From positions 23,374,001-23,438,000 of the forward strand of contig CP158635.1 in NCBI GenBank assembly GCA_050273025.1: a stretch of 64,000 nt of DNA. The letters run 5' to 3'. The notes below the pieces were generated by a model, which saw nothing but the letters and a program-made list of their open reading frames with translations, was not told where the DNA came from and searched no databases. A program made the translations under genes and the position numbers. Each line of letters opens with the position of its first letter. The first letter of the stretch is position 1. Source of the DNA: Cenococcum geophilum. Taxonomy: Eukaryota. Positions 1 to 12,499 of this stretch are shown here, piece after piece.

Positions 1-1014
1 GATGTAATTATTCTAATAAAAGATACGGATACTCTTAGGGATTTAATTAATTAAGTAATTAAGATTAATAATAGGATCTACTAAAGAGAGCAGACTAAGA
101 AGGGTTAGGATAGAGTTCTATAGTCGTATAAGGCGCAGGGCACGTAATAATAAAGTTAAAGTTAAAAACTATAGTATAGCGCAGAGCTAATAGACCTAAG
201 TAGTACTAAAGAAAATAAAGAAATAGAATAAACGACTATAGAAACCTAAAGGATAAGGATTAAGTAATTAAAGGTCTAAGGAGCAGAGGCCAAACTAGGG
301 ATTTTAATAGCAGAAGACGTTTAGGCGGACTCTATAGTAAGAAAAATGGTTTAAAAAAGGGGCTTATATAAATTACAGAAAATAGGGTTATTACATTAAA
401 GACTATAGAAGTGGTTAGAGTTACTATATAGTAAAAGGAACGAGACTAGTAGATAATATATACGTATAAAGGGATAGTAATATACTACGAGGAACAAAAG
501 AGTGTTTAATTAAAAGTTTTGCGTTTTATTATAATAACATATACTAAATTTATAAGAATACTAAGTATAGCGTAAGCTATTAGCTATAAAAGCTAAAATT
601 ATTAGAGTTTAGAGGAACTAATAAACTATCTTATAATTAGATATTAAGGATAATAAATTTAACATAGGCAAAATATTTAGTAATAATAAGGTAATAAAGG
701 TAGCTTACTAGGAGTATATAGACCTTAGAGATGTTATAAAAGAGGTAAAGGATAATTCCACTATAGAATAAGGAACATTAGTAGGGATTAAAACCCCACT
801 AGATATAATATCTATCACTTTACAAGATATAAGAGGATAGTGAACTACTTTGGCACTTAATAAAGGCAAAAGGCTAAAGGCTTAAGATTCTTAAGACGAG
901 ATAAGAGACGACTAAAATTCTTAAGATGAGATAAGGTAAGCTTAAGGACCTATAATAGATAATAACTAATAGAGTAGAGTAACGGCTTAGTTTAGTAATA
1001 TATAAATAAGCTTA

Positions 1015-1442
1015 ACGTAGTCTGCGGGCATGTGGCCATTGCGGGCATGTGGCCACCCTACCAAAATCACCAAAAAACCTAAAAAATCGTTCTTTAATAT
1101 TTTAACAATGGCTTAATAATAAATTATAAAAATTTATAATTAGACTCTTATACTCACTTTAAGACCTCTATTAAAGTTTTAAAGTAATTTAATAAGTAGT
1201 TCTTAAGATATAATAATTAGGCTTAAATTTAAAAGCTAAATTATAATATATTAATAATAACTAAACTAATTACTTTAAAACTTTAATAGAGGTCTTAAAG
1301 TAAGTATAAGAGTCTAATTATAAAATTTTATAATTTATTATTAAGCCGTTGTTAAAATATTAAAGGGCGGTTTTTTGGGGTTTTTGGTGATTTTGGTGGG
1401 GTGGCCACATGCCCGCAATGGCCACATGCCCGTAGACTACGT
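1015..1442. mobile_element. Foldback MITE (pogo/Fot1-like ACGT termini, TA TSD) inserted in Gypsy A
   Basis: 175-bp inverted repeats 1015-1189 / 1268-1442; TA at 1013-1014 and 1443-1444; the homologous empty site with a single TA is in element C at ~49381-49410. Confidence 0.93.
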
Positions 1443-2639
1443 TAGGACGAAGTTTCCTAAAGGCACAAAACCCTTAAGATAAGATAAGTAAGATTTAAGA
1501 CTTTTAAAATGAGATAAGAATACTATAGAAGCCTAGTTAGACTAAGGCTAGAGTAAAGCTTAAGATAGAAGTAAGCTTAGGATTAAGAATCTTATAGAAC
1601 TAAGATTTTTAGATATAAATAAGGACTATTAAATAAACTAAAATTAAGAAGTAAGAAGACTTTAAGGATCTACTTATAAGGCAAAAACTAAAAGAAACTA
1701 TAACAGAATTTAGATAAAGAATTATCGTATAGTAAGAATAGAAACTAGATTAAAGAACTAGTATACTAGGTTGTATAAGGGATAGAGCACTTATATAGAG
1801 AATTACTAATAAACCTAGGGCAGGCATACTAAGGGCTAAGTGGCTTATTAAACTAGAAGATAAAGAGGATCCAGGAATCCTAACTAGGTTTAAAAAATGA
1901 TATATAAAGGGCTGTTATAATATAGTAATAAGAAGATACTTCCTTACGGATAAGCTATATATACTCCAGCAGCTGTATTAAAAGTGATATAGGTAGCAAC
2001 ATAATAATAAGTGGGAAGATTTCTATATATAAATAGATAAGAAAGTTATCTAGGACTACCCTATTACGGAAAAGGCAATAAGTTACATTAAAGGAGTCTT
2101 AATTATAACGTTAAAGGATCTAAAGAAATAATTAGAGGACTAGAGAAGCAAAAGGCGTATCTTAGTACCCATAAATAAAGTTATAACGTTTAGATTAATA
2201 TAATAAAGGTTTAAACTTAAAGATAAAAATAAGTTAAGAGTTAACCTAAAGCACCTAGTATACTATACGCTATTATAGATTGCATGCGTAGATAATATAT
2301 ATAAAATGTATAAAAATCTAAAAGAGAAAAACTAAAAGTACCCTATAAGGATGTATTGGGCGCTAGATAAGCAATAGTATAGGAATGCTAAGTATATATA
2401 TAGATAGTATCTAATAGAAGTTTAGAAGTTAGGAGACTTAATACTTTAACTAAAAAGATTCCTTATGGAAGAATACTTAGATAGATAATAGTAGTGGGAA
2501 TGCTTAGAGAATATATATCTATAGTATATAGAGGATAAAAAGCGAACTAGGTATTGGCTAAGAAGTAAGCTAAGTATAATAGGATTAAGTAGCTAATAGT
2601 TAGGAAAAGTAGAGGCCTATAGAACTAGAGGAAGCCAGT

Positions 2640-5600
2640 AGTAGAGCCTTAGACCCTTAAAGGAATTTAAGGACAATACCTAAATTTATAAGTTAATTAG
2701 TAAGATTAGCAGTTTAAAGTACTAATAGATAGTAGAGTAATACGGAACTATATCTTACTAGTAGTAGTTAAGAAAATAGGACTACCTTATAGACAGAAGG
2801 AATAATCTTACCTATTAGTTATAATTTTAGGAGATCTAATAACCTATAGAGGAGGGATTATTAACCTTAAAATAGAACCTATTTAGATAACCATTAAAGG
2901 AAGACAAATTAAGATATCTTTTAATATCCTACTATTAGGACGGGATAAGGCAGTACTAGGAATGCCTTAGTTATAAGAATATAACCTAAAGATTGATTAG
3001 ATTATAGGTTAGGTTAATATTAGAGATACTTAATAATATAAAATGCGATAGTAAACTAAGTTAGTATAGTACTAAGTTAGAGTAATATATAAAGAGACTA
3101 AGTAAGGCTTAAGTTATATACTAAAGAGATACTATAAGTATGGCAAAAAACTATAGAGCCTAAAAAGTAAGAAGCTAGCAAATTATATAGCATAGAACTA
3201 TAAAATAGAGTTAGAACTAGGAATAAGTTTAAGGTTCTTTCTAACCTATAAGCTTACTTAAGAGGAGTTAAGAGCACTTAAAGAGTTCGTTTAAGAAAAC
3301 TTATAAAAGGGATATATTAGACTATTATAGTTATTAGTAGTATATCTAATATTGTGTATACTAAAGAAGAACGGAAAACTTAGGTTATATATTAACTATA
3401 AATAGTTAAATAACATCACTTAAAAGGATAGGTACTCTTTACCCTTAATTAGCGAAATTTAGGATTAGATAGGTAACATTTAAATCTTTATAAAAATAGA
3501 TCTAAGATAAGCGTACCACTAGATTAGAATTAAGGAAGGCAATAAATAGAAGGCAGCCTTTAGATTAAGAAAAGGATTATATAAACTAGTAGTTATATAA
3601 TTTAGATTAATAAATACACTAGTAACATTTTAAAAACGAATTAATAGTATATTAGGAGAACACCTTAATAAGTTTATTATAGTATACTTTAACGACATTA
3701 TTATTTACTTAATAACTAAGGAAGAACACAGGGAACACGTTAAATAGGTCTTAAGGAGACTATAAAAAGAATAGATATTAGTAGCAATTAAGAAATATAA
3801 GTTCTTTATAAGGAAGACCAATTTTATTAGATTTATTATTAAACTAGGTCATATTAGTATAGACCTAAAGAAAATTAAAGCTATAGTAAGCTGGCAAGAA
3901 CTAGAGAATATAACATAGTTAAGATTATTCTTAGGGTTTTATAACTACTATAGAAGGTTTATAGTATAGTAGTTAAAAAACATTAAACCATTTACTAGGC
4001 TTACTAAGAAAAAGGAACTATAGGTATAGGGAGACAAATAAAGGAAGTTATTTAAAAAAAACTTAAGACGTTATTTACCTAGGAGCTAATCCTTAAAATC
4101 TACTAACTAAGATTAGACACGGTTATAGAAATGGATATATTAGACTTTATACTAGAAGCATATTTGCTATAGAAGTATAAGAACGCATAGCATCTAGTGG
4201 CGTACTATAGTTAAAAGATAACACTACCAGAATTAAACTATAACGTCTATAATAAAGAGCTGTTAGGTATAATTATAGCACTTAAGGAATAGAGAGCATT
4301 CTTATAAGGCGTAGAGAAACTATTTATAGCTAAGATGGATTATAAGAACCTAACGGGGTTCCTAATAATAAAAGAACTTAATTAAAGATAGGTTAGATAG
4401 GCAGAGATGCTTACAGAATACTATTTTAAAATTTAGTATACTAAAGGGACTAAAAATACGAGAGTAGATGCGCTAAGTAGAAAGGCTAAATTATAAAATA
4501 ATAAGAAACTATTAGGAGTAATGCTACGCAGAGATAAGGATAGATTAATTAGATATAATTACCCTAAGCTAGTAGTAACTTGAGAGGATAATAAACTAGA
4601 AAAAGTCTATAAAATACTAGAGAGCTTTTAGGCATAAAGAATTCTAGAAATATAGCTAGAAGATTTATAGATGGATATATACGAAAATTAAGAAGTAAAG
4701 TATATCCTAAAGAGTATAATAGAGTATTTTGTGGAATATTTCTATAAGGGAATAACTTAAGGGCATAATAGAGTAATAGGCTTAGTATTAAGACTATAGG
4801 AAGAATATATTATTAACGGAATCTAGAGTATAGCTAAAAAAGTAATAAACTAATAAGGTATAAGCTATACGGAGGGCTATAACCTATTAAAATACTAGGA
4901 AGACTATAGGAGGTTATATTATAGGACTTTATTATTAAATTACTAAAGTTAAGAAATCCTATTACCGGATAAGAGTATAATATAATCTTAGTAATAGTAG
5001 ACAAGTTAACTAAATAGAGCTACTTTATAGCATGCATAGAAGAAATCTCAGCGAAGGATATTACTAGAATCTATATTAAGGAAGTATTTATAAGGTATGA
5101 AGTACTAAGTAAGATTATATTAGACAGATATTTAAGATTTATAGTAGTATTTTAGGAGGTATTCTTAGCAGAATAAGGAGTTAGAGTAGTAACTTCTACT
5201 ATATATTATTTACAGACGGACGGACAAACGGAAAGATTAAATTAGACACTAAAATAGTATTTAAGACATTATATTAATTATATACAGAATAATTAGGTAT
5301 CGCTATTACCAGTTATATAGTTTGCATATAATATAATACCTTAAGAAGGAATAAGCATATTACCATTTAAGGCAAATTATAGATATAAGCTAAGAATATC
5401 GTTATTACTACGGTAAGTAAAGAAAACGAGTAGCACAGCTAAAGAAAGGATAAAGATACTAATAAATCTTTATATAGACCTTATAGAATTAGTAAAAAAG
5501 GTATAAGAAAGAATAAAACGGTATTATAACGCTAAGAGATCTAAGGGACTAGATCTTAAGGAGGGGGATAAAGTGTAGCTACTACACAAAATTTTTAAGA

Positions 5601-5990
5601 GTTAATAACTAAGTAAGAAGTTAGACTATGTTAGACTAGGACCTTTTAAAATTATATAGAGAATTTTACTAGTTATATTTAAGTTAAACCTACTAGCTAA
5701 AATTAAGATCTACTCTATATAGTATATCGCAATACTAGAGCTAGTATATAGGAATATTAAGCCACTAATCTATAAAGCAGACACGTATAGAGGATAAAAA
5801 GAAGATAAATAGTAAGTTTCTAAGATCGTTAGTTATAAGGATATTGACGATAAAATATAGTATAAGGTTAAGTAGATAGGCAATAATAAGACTACCTAGG
5901 AATCACTATAAAAATAAAAAAAAATGCTATAAAAAAGGTATAGGAGTATTAGAAGAAATTAGGTTAGGTAGTATTAACAAAAAAGGATCG
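2640..5990 (+). pseudogene. Pol (PR-RT-RNaseH-IN-chromo) of Gypsy A, RIP-degenerate
   Basis: Recognisable RT/RH/IN motifs interrupted by TAA/TAG at Gln/Trp positions; GGAAAA slippery-like site near 2604; boundaries approximate. Confidence 0.88.
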
Positions 5991-6578
5991 CTAAAGAATA
6001 AGTTACCTAAGGGGGACCTAAAAAAAATAGTTGCCAAACTACTTAGATCTGTTTCCTTCTTAGTTAGAAGAAAATCTGTTCTTTTATTATTAAGTTCCTA
6101 TAAACCTTATTTTATAAGTTTCTACTCTTTAAAATAGACCTTTTTATAAACCTTCTTAAGACAGAGCAACTAAGTAGATGCCGTAATATAGGTATTTAGG
6201 GCCTTCTACTTAGCGTTATAGGAACGTTCTAACTTAGTAAGAGCTTAAGATAACTCACTATTAAGATAAGTAGTAGTAGATTAAATATAAGACCCTAAGA
6301 TAAATTAACTAAGGAACTAGATGACTATTAAGAGTAATAAAACGCGTATATTTAGTATTAGAGGTAAAGTAAACGTTATAGAACAAATAAATATTCGCTT
6401 TAGTGCACTCTAAGTAAAAGGACGGTTGTTGGGAGAATAGACTTACTAACGTAATATAAACTAAACCCTCTTTTATATAACAAGAATATAGAGACGGTAT
6501 AATTTTACTAAGCGATAATATTGCAGTAATAGTGCGAGCACGACGTTAGGCGTGTAAAGAAGAAGTAGCTTTAGGTAT
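5990..6578 (-). pseudogene. Antisense accessory ORF of Gypsy A with Zn2Cys6-like Cys spacing (RIP-degenerate)
   Basis: Minus-strand reading (M)PKATS...GEIMPSP-C-S-x-C-xKEGLV-C...QPS-x-C-x-E-C-TKAN...C after G>A back-mutation; homologous to 30711-31330. End approximate. Confidence 0.6.
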
Positions 6579-6686
6579 AATAAGTAACAATATTAACTAA
6601 ATTAATTAGACGGATATTACACCTCTAGTTGGCGACTTAGAGATATTAGGAATCTTTAAGGACAAAAATAGAGAGGAGGGAGATGG

Positions 6687-7087
6687 TATTACGGACGCTT
6701 TAAGTACGATATTATAACTACTAGGAGAGGAGTTAAAAGTAGCTAGTTAAATAATTAAGGTATAGTCTAGAATAGAACTAGTAGAACTATATAACGAGGA
6801 ATAGTAATTAAAGTTATATAATATGCTACGTATTAAATAAGAGAAATAAGAGGAACTTACATACCTTATATATAAGGAGGATTTCTTAAGAGTATAGTTG
6901 TGTATTTAAAGGACTATAGTCCCTACCAAAATAGTTCTTCTCTTTATAGTGAATTTTAGAATATAATTAGAGTTAATCTGTTAGGCAACTACTCTACCAG
7001 TTATATTTACGTTGTTAACTATTCTATACCTATATACCTAGCCTATTAACAAGTCTACCGTAGTATTTCCTATAAGGCTTCGTTATA
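6687..7087 (+). repeat. 3' LTR of Gypsy A
   Basis: TATTACG...CGTTATA (RIPed TG...CA) directly after PPT AGAGAGGAGGGAGATGG; similar to the reverse complement of 30182-30602. Confidence 0.9.
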
Positions 7088-7534
7088 ACTATTATAATAC
7101 TGTCTAACGACCTAGATTGTCTATATAAACTATATTTTAGTTATTTTATATTTTAAGCTTATATATCTTATTACCTATTTCTCTTAACTATAACCTACTA
7201 AATAACGACGTTATTGTTATTGTATTTAGACTTACCTAATATATATAAGAGAACTTCTAGAGCTCTCTTTAATAAACAGAGTTCTTATTTCTAATCGTCC
7301 GTTTAATACCTAATTATATACTATTTTACCTATTCTAAAACTAGATATACTAACTCTAAGATTAGCTTATCCTAAATAAAGTAGGTATTTAATCTACTTA
7401 CTAAAGTAAGGGTAAATTAGAAACTATAGATTCTAATATATAACAGCTTTAGGATATATAAGTTACTTAAAGTTATAGAGTATTATTTAGAAAACAATAT
7501 TACCCTTTACTATATTCTATTGTACACCTCCTAT

Positions 7535-8000
7535 TATAGGAGGATACGGTATCTCTTAAGGAGGAAGTTATAGTGCTATTAGTCTGTCTATCTATCTATC
7601 TATTAGTCGGTTAGTCAGTTAGTCGTAATTAGTTAGAATTAATTAGTAGAATAAAAAAAAAAAAAATCTATTTCTGGTAACTGGTAGGTTTAGGATATCC
7701 AAAAAGAAGGGAAGCCGAAGGCTCTATAAATATAGGAAAATGCTAAAACACTAGGCGACGTCTAATCTATACCACTATATACCTCCTCTGCTAAGAACGT
7801 TGTCCCTTAATATTCTATACTATAGAAGAATAGCTAAGCGAAAGTATATCCCTAAAAGAATACAGGTAACCTTATCCTTAGCCCTTCTATAGAACTATTC
7901 TACAATGTCCTTCCATTACCTATAGCTAAGATCCGATTTTCCTACTAGTAGTAGCTAAGATAGCAGTAAACTAGAGATAATACAGTCAAAACTCTTTATA
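7535..8000 (-). mobile_element. Truncated LTR element related to Gypsy E: LTR 7535-7779 plus PPT and a short internal stub
   Basis: LTR ends TATAGGAGG...CCACTATA and the following TACCTCC..GTTGTCCC match the 3' LTR/PPT junction of E at 9140-9180; the internal sequence then diverges. Right end approximate. Confidence 0.7.
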
Positions 8001-8329
8001 ACGATGCGGGTCGTATAGCCAACCATATCGTAATACTAATGGTATTGTTATATATGGAGTCACGTATTAGGTTAATAAGTAGGAAAAAGGAGACTAACGC
8101 GTGGCTAAGCATCTTAAAAGGGCGTAGGGCATCTACTTCACAGGCTAAGTAGGACCCCTCCTATACAAAATCTCTACTAGTTATAACGATTTTGGTAAAA
8201 AAAACTTAACGATATTGTAAATAGTTAGTATATCGTAATATTACACAAAAAAAATTTTAATTAAGGGGTGTAGATCGTAATATAGAGTATATCGTTATAA
8301 TAAAATATCATACTAAAGAGTTTCGACTG

Positions 8330-8560
8330 TAATGGTAGTAGTAATAGTAGTAATAGCAATAACAGTAATAGTGATATAAATAGTAATAAAAGCAGACAGT
8401 TAGCGCTGTAAAATAAAATAGAATAATTAGCAGTAGAACACTTAGTAATAGTTAGTAAGTAGTAGGACATCTAGTAGCAGAACTTTTAATAGCAGAAATC
8501 TCGGTAGCGGCAGTCGGTCGGTAGTAGTCGGTCAAAACAGCAGTAGCAAAATAATCGGAA
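8330..8560. repeat. Degenerate GTA/GCA-type low-complexity repeat
   Basis: (GTA/GTAATA/GCA)n runs; the same kind of sequence resumes at 22363-22500 on the other side of hAT F. Confidence 0.6.
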
Positions 8561-9399
8561 TAGTGGAATAGATAGGCCTATTAATAAGCCTTTCAAGCCT
8601 TCCGCAGAGCTCTATCTAGAATTAAATTGCTTGGCGCCTAATTTGCCCGACTTAAATTGACTTAGAGCTAGTTAGGAAGCTCTACTAAGAATTAAATTGT
8701 AAATTGATTAGTAAGGCTATATACAAAGTCTTGGCATAGTTTTATAGCCTAGATTTAGTTAAAATCTTTAATATTTTGCCCGCAGAGACCTTATATAAGG
8801 TCCCTTTATATAACCCTACCGCCTATATACAAATCTCGCGATATATAACGTCATCAGCGTAGTAGTAAAGGTAGTAGTATAGAAGGGTACGACCTCTCTA
8901 AGATAGGAAAGTGATAGTGCTGTCTGTCTATCTATTAGTCAGTCAGTTAGTTAGTTAGTTGGTTATAATTAGTTAGTAGAACAGGCAGTAAGAAAGAAAG
9001 AAAAGAGTGTATTGTGTATTCGTCGTGCCTATCCGAGTTATTAAAGACTCTAAGGGCTCCAGACTGATCTATATAACTTATATAAGGCCTAGGCTCTCCT
9101 AAAGCTATACCTAATCTAGATATTAAATCCAGGGGCCAAATTACACCACCATATACCTCCCCCACCTAAGTTGTTGTCCCCTAACGACTTCCGAAACTCT
9201 AAAACTCCTTATCTTTAAAACAAAGGCGCGGTAGGTAATCATATGCGCTCCTTGCCCTTACTATAAACCCAAGATAGTAAATAAGGAGACTCCATTCTAG
9301 TTAAATAAGACCGTTCTCGTCTACTTAGCTAAGCAGTAAGAGAGACTTTAGACTAGCGGCTCTTAGATAATATAGCTCTTTCGCACCCTTCTATTTGCT

Positions 9400-12003
9400 T
9401 AATTCTGTCCTATAATTCTTTAAGTAACTCCGCATAACTCTATCCTTCTATAATAACCGGGGGCACTTTACTTAGATCTACCGTAATAGCTAAAGGATTA
9501 ATTCCATTATCAATGCAGTAGAAGTAAGAGCGGCTATTAAAACGTTCCATCTTAGTTATACGTATTAGCTTAAACGCATCTTTATAATTCTTAACGGCCC
9601 TAAGACGGTAGGAATGCATCTATTTCCCAACTTCGTTCCCGTTGCTATTAAGAAAAAGGTTACAATCTTAAACTACCGCTAGAGAATCCCATTATTATTT
9701 ACCAAGAAGGGTGTTGGATAGAGCGCTAGCAGCTATAAGCTTAACTGCTATAGGGAAGCAATATAAAATTGTGCCGTAGAGATTAGCATGTCCAGACGGC
9801 GTATAGGGCGGCGCTCTTAAGTCTCGGTGCGCATCTGCCAACTCTACCCAAGTACCTTCTTTAGTGACCTTAAGGTTATTATAATTGTCCTAAATACTAA
9901 CGAATTATAGCAGCATTGTTCGCCGGGTTCTAGTTAAAGGTCCTTTTACTCTATAAGGAAGGTAAGGCATAATTATACGCATATCTCCTTTCTTACATAG
10001 CTAAGCTACCTAGTTGGTTGCATACTTTTCTACGTCTTTAGTGGTCTAGTCTTAGTTAGAGATCTTATAAACAAATTCGTCACCCTTAGTTAATCCTCGC
10101 GCCTTAAGATCCTCCTACTATAATTCTAGGTGGTAATATATGCCGGGTAAAATAATCGTATAGTTATCCTTAGTCTTATTATCCAGAGAAACGCTCCCTT
10201 AGATTATATCGGCACTATATCCACTTTTAAGGAGCGAGGGAATATTAATATTAATATAGCGGAAAGCTATAGAGTCTCCTTTAACTACAAATTTTGTATA
10301 ATAAGGGTAGGAGATAAGTTGCCATTAGCTGTTAGGTCTAAGGGCGCAATAAAGACAATAATACTAAGGGTCTTATCTTATTAGCTATTAGCAGAGACTA
10401 TAGACCATCGTTCTTAACTAGCCGTAATTTGGCCGCCTATTAATTAGACGCTAATAGTGGCGGTATATATATATTTCCTTATCAATTATTACTAAGATAC
10501 TAGAATCCCACTACTATTTAAACATATTCAAAATTACAAATCCTTCTCGCTACTATACTTTTTAGTCTTTTAGTAACATCATCTAATTAAGCAAAGCCTC
10601 TCTGTTGTATAAAAACCTTAGCGCTAAGTTATAAATAAACTTATATAGTCCTAAGGAATTAGACGGAACTAGAGGTCTATAAGCCTTTTTAAACCAAGAG
10701 TACGTAGTAGGGTTGGTCTTTATAGTGCCGAGGTAGTTATAAGCGTAATATATTAAACGGAGTCTGTGACATAGTGCGGCGTAGTTTAGACCCTTTATTG
10801 CTAAACCTATACGTCCTCCTATGGCTTATATATACATCTAGCAGACCTTATATATCTCTAGGTTAGAACTAGCTGCCCTATACTAACTATGCAAGAGCTT
10901 TATAACCTTAGTTAGTTTAATTTTAGTAGTTTGGTTTAGGGACGCCTTAAGATAAGCGGGCATATTATCCTTACAGTTACACCCTCGTTTTACGCGGAGT
11001 ATCACCATAGCATCTACAGCCTCCTTAATATACTCCTTATTATCTCCCAGCTTAATAACGTTCTCATTAAACATTAATTCTACTCCTAACCCTCCTACTT
11101 CCGGGTAAGCAATCGTCAGCCCTTTTCTTAGATTCCTTCTTAATAAAGATACTAGCAGCCGTAAGGGCGAGCCAACAGGCGTTCCAGCTACAAGAATGCT
11201 CTCGTTTATATATAATAAAGGTAAGTTAACTAATATAGGTGATCCTTATTAGGACGGACTTAGCATAATACTAACGCCTCCTCCTTAAACAGGTGTTAAT
11301 AGCTAAAAGGCTAAGGGATTTATTACGTTAAAAGTATATCGTAAATGTATTCGTAGTATAAGAGCTAAGCTCTCTCCTGCTTATCTAATTCCGACATTAG
11401 TGACCTCTAGCTCTATAGTAGTTAGTCTCCTACTTCTTAGCGGCAGGTCCTTATTTAAAATAAGGAAGCCAGTTAAGTGTCTTTCTAAGCCATACTTATT
11501 CACTACCTAGTCTAATACTGCCCTTCCTAGCATCTTTAGCGCGAGCGCAAAATCGGTCGGCTGCAGTTAAGTAGTATTCTTAATACCGCGTCCTAGATGT
11601 TTGAGCCTGTTAATTAGGGCCTTATTAACTTATACCGTTACTTTATAAAGTAAGTAGACGGTAAGCTTTTAGGCGGTAGAAAGGAAGTAATAGAAAACCG
11701 CGTATTTAAGTAAACCATTAAGAACACCTTATCCCTAGGACTTTCGGATAGTTTCTCTAGCTTTATTACACTAATTTCTTTAATCTTTTACCATCTTACT
11801 AACGTTAGAGATATCCTTAAAGATTAATAAAAACGTGTCCCTTCCTAAAGGCGCTTACAGCCCGTTATCCTGGTTAACAAAATCAACTACTATACTAGCA
11901 GTATCTATGTAGTTTTCTTAAGATAGCAGAATCTTGTTACAGATTTAAAGGAGCACTACTTAACACTAATTAACTGCAAAGCCTCTAACTTTTACAAGGA
12001 CAT
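9400..12003 (-). pseudogene. ORF3 of Gypsy E: long sense ORF; C-terminal half resembles a PhyH-like 2OG-Fe(II) dioxygenase
   Basis: Long frame broken mainly by RIP-type stops and a few frameshifts. Motifs LISYPYY..GDS.AFR[Y/H]I[N/D] (10250-10320), QGSVSLD, LP[Y/H][R/G] (9950-9961), RRTML (9911-9925), AHRDL..PPYTPSGHANLYG. The catalytic His/Asp residues require back-mutation. Confidence 0.65.
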
Positions 12004-12499
12004 TACTAATCTATTACTTAGCTCCTTTATACAGTACCAGAGGTCTGCTAAATAAAAACATTATAAATATGCTATTATTAATTCTATTTAATTTATAACT
12101 TTAACTAATTACGGCTGTATTTAAGGTTTATTAAGGGCAAAAAGGTAAAGTTCTAAATAGGGCTTCCTAATCTAAATAGTCTACTAAATCTAGGTAGCGG
12201 TATAGAGTTCTACCAGCTCTAATTATTAAATAGACCAATTATAATTTTCCATCCCTAAAATAAAAAATTGCTATTAGCTTAGTAAAGGTAGTAAGCGGAA
12301 CTAATATCTTTATAGTAAATAATACTAGATAGTTATATACAAACATTCTTCTATCCTTACCTTACTACCACTACGCATTAGATTCCTAACTAAAAAAAGC
12401 AAATAAAAAAGCGCAATAGAAAGAGCTTTAGAAAATACGGCAAATAAACGGACGGATTACACAGCTATTATCTACATCCCCTTCCCCACTTTAGAACTT

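Larger units (their letters stand above)
1..7087 (+). mobile_element. Gypsy/Ty3 chromovirus-type LTR retrotransposon A, RIP-inactivated, 5' end outside window
   Basis: CCHC knuckle ~360-410; RT (KDRYSLPLISEI, YFNDI from YLDDI at ~3685); RNase H; integrase (TDGQTERLN at ~5215); chromodomain-like segment ~5800-5950; polypurine tract 6670-6686; 3' LTR 6687-7087. Colinear with element C. Confidence 0.93.

Noticed and set aside
7088..7534. RIPed segment flanking Gypsy A, possibly coding
   Set aside because: I could not recognise any motif or terminus, so it is left unassigned.
8261..8470. Leu-rich ORF resembling a signal peptide or membrane protein
   Set aside because: It is the reverse reading of a GTA/GTAATA microsatellite.
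8947..9165. Short ORFs within LTRs (also 19334-19519, 39068-39301, 54821-55045, 58332-58550)
   Set aside because: They lie in or straddle LTRs, have no recognisable motifs, and recur only because LTRs are duplicated.
9400..12003. ORF3 of Gypsy E as an env-like or dUTPase gene
   Set aside because: No signal peptide, transmembrane segment or dUTPase motifs were recognisable; the motifs fit a soluble oxygenase-like fold better.
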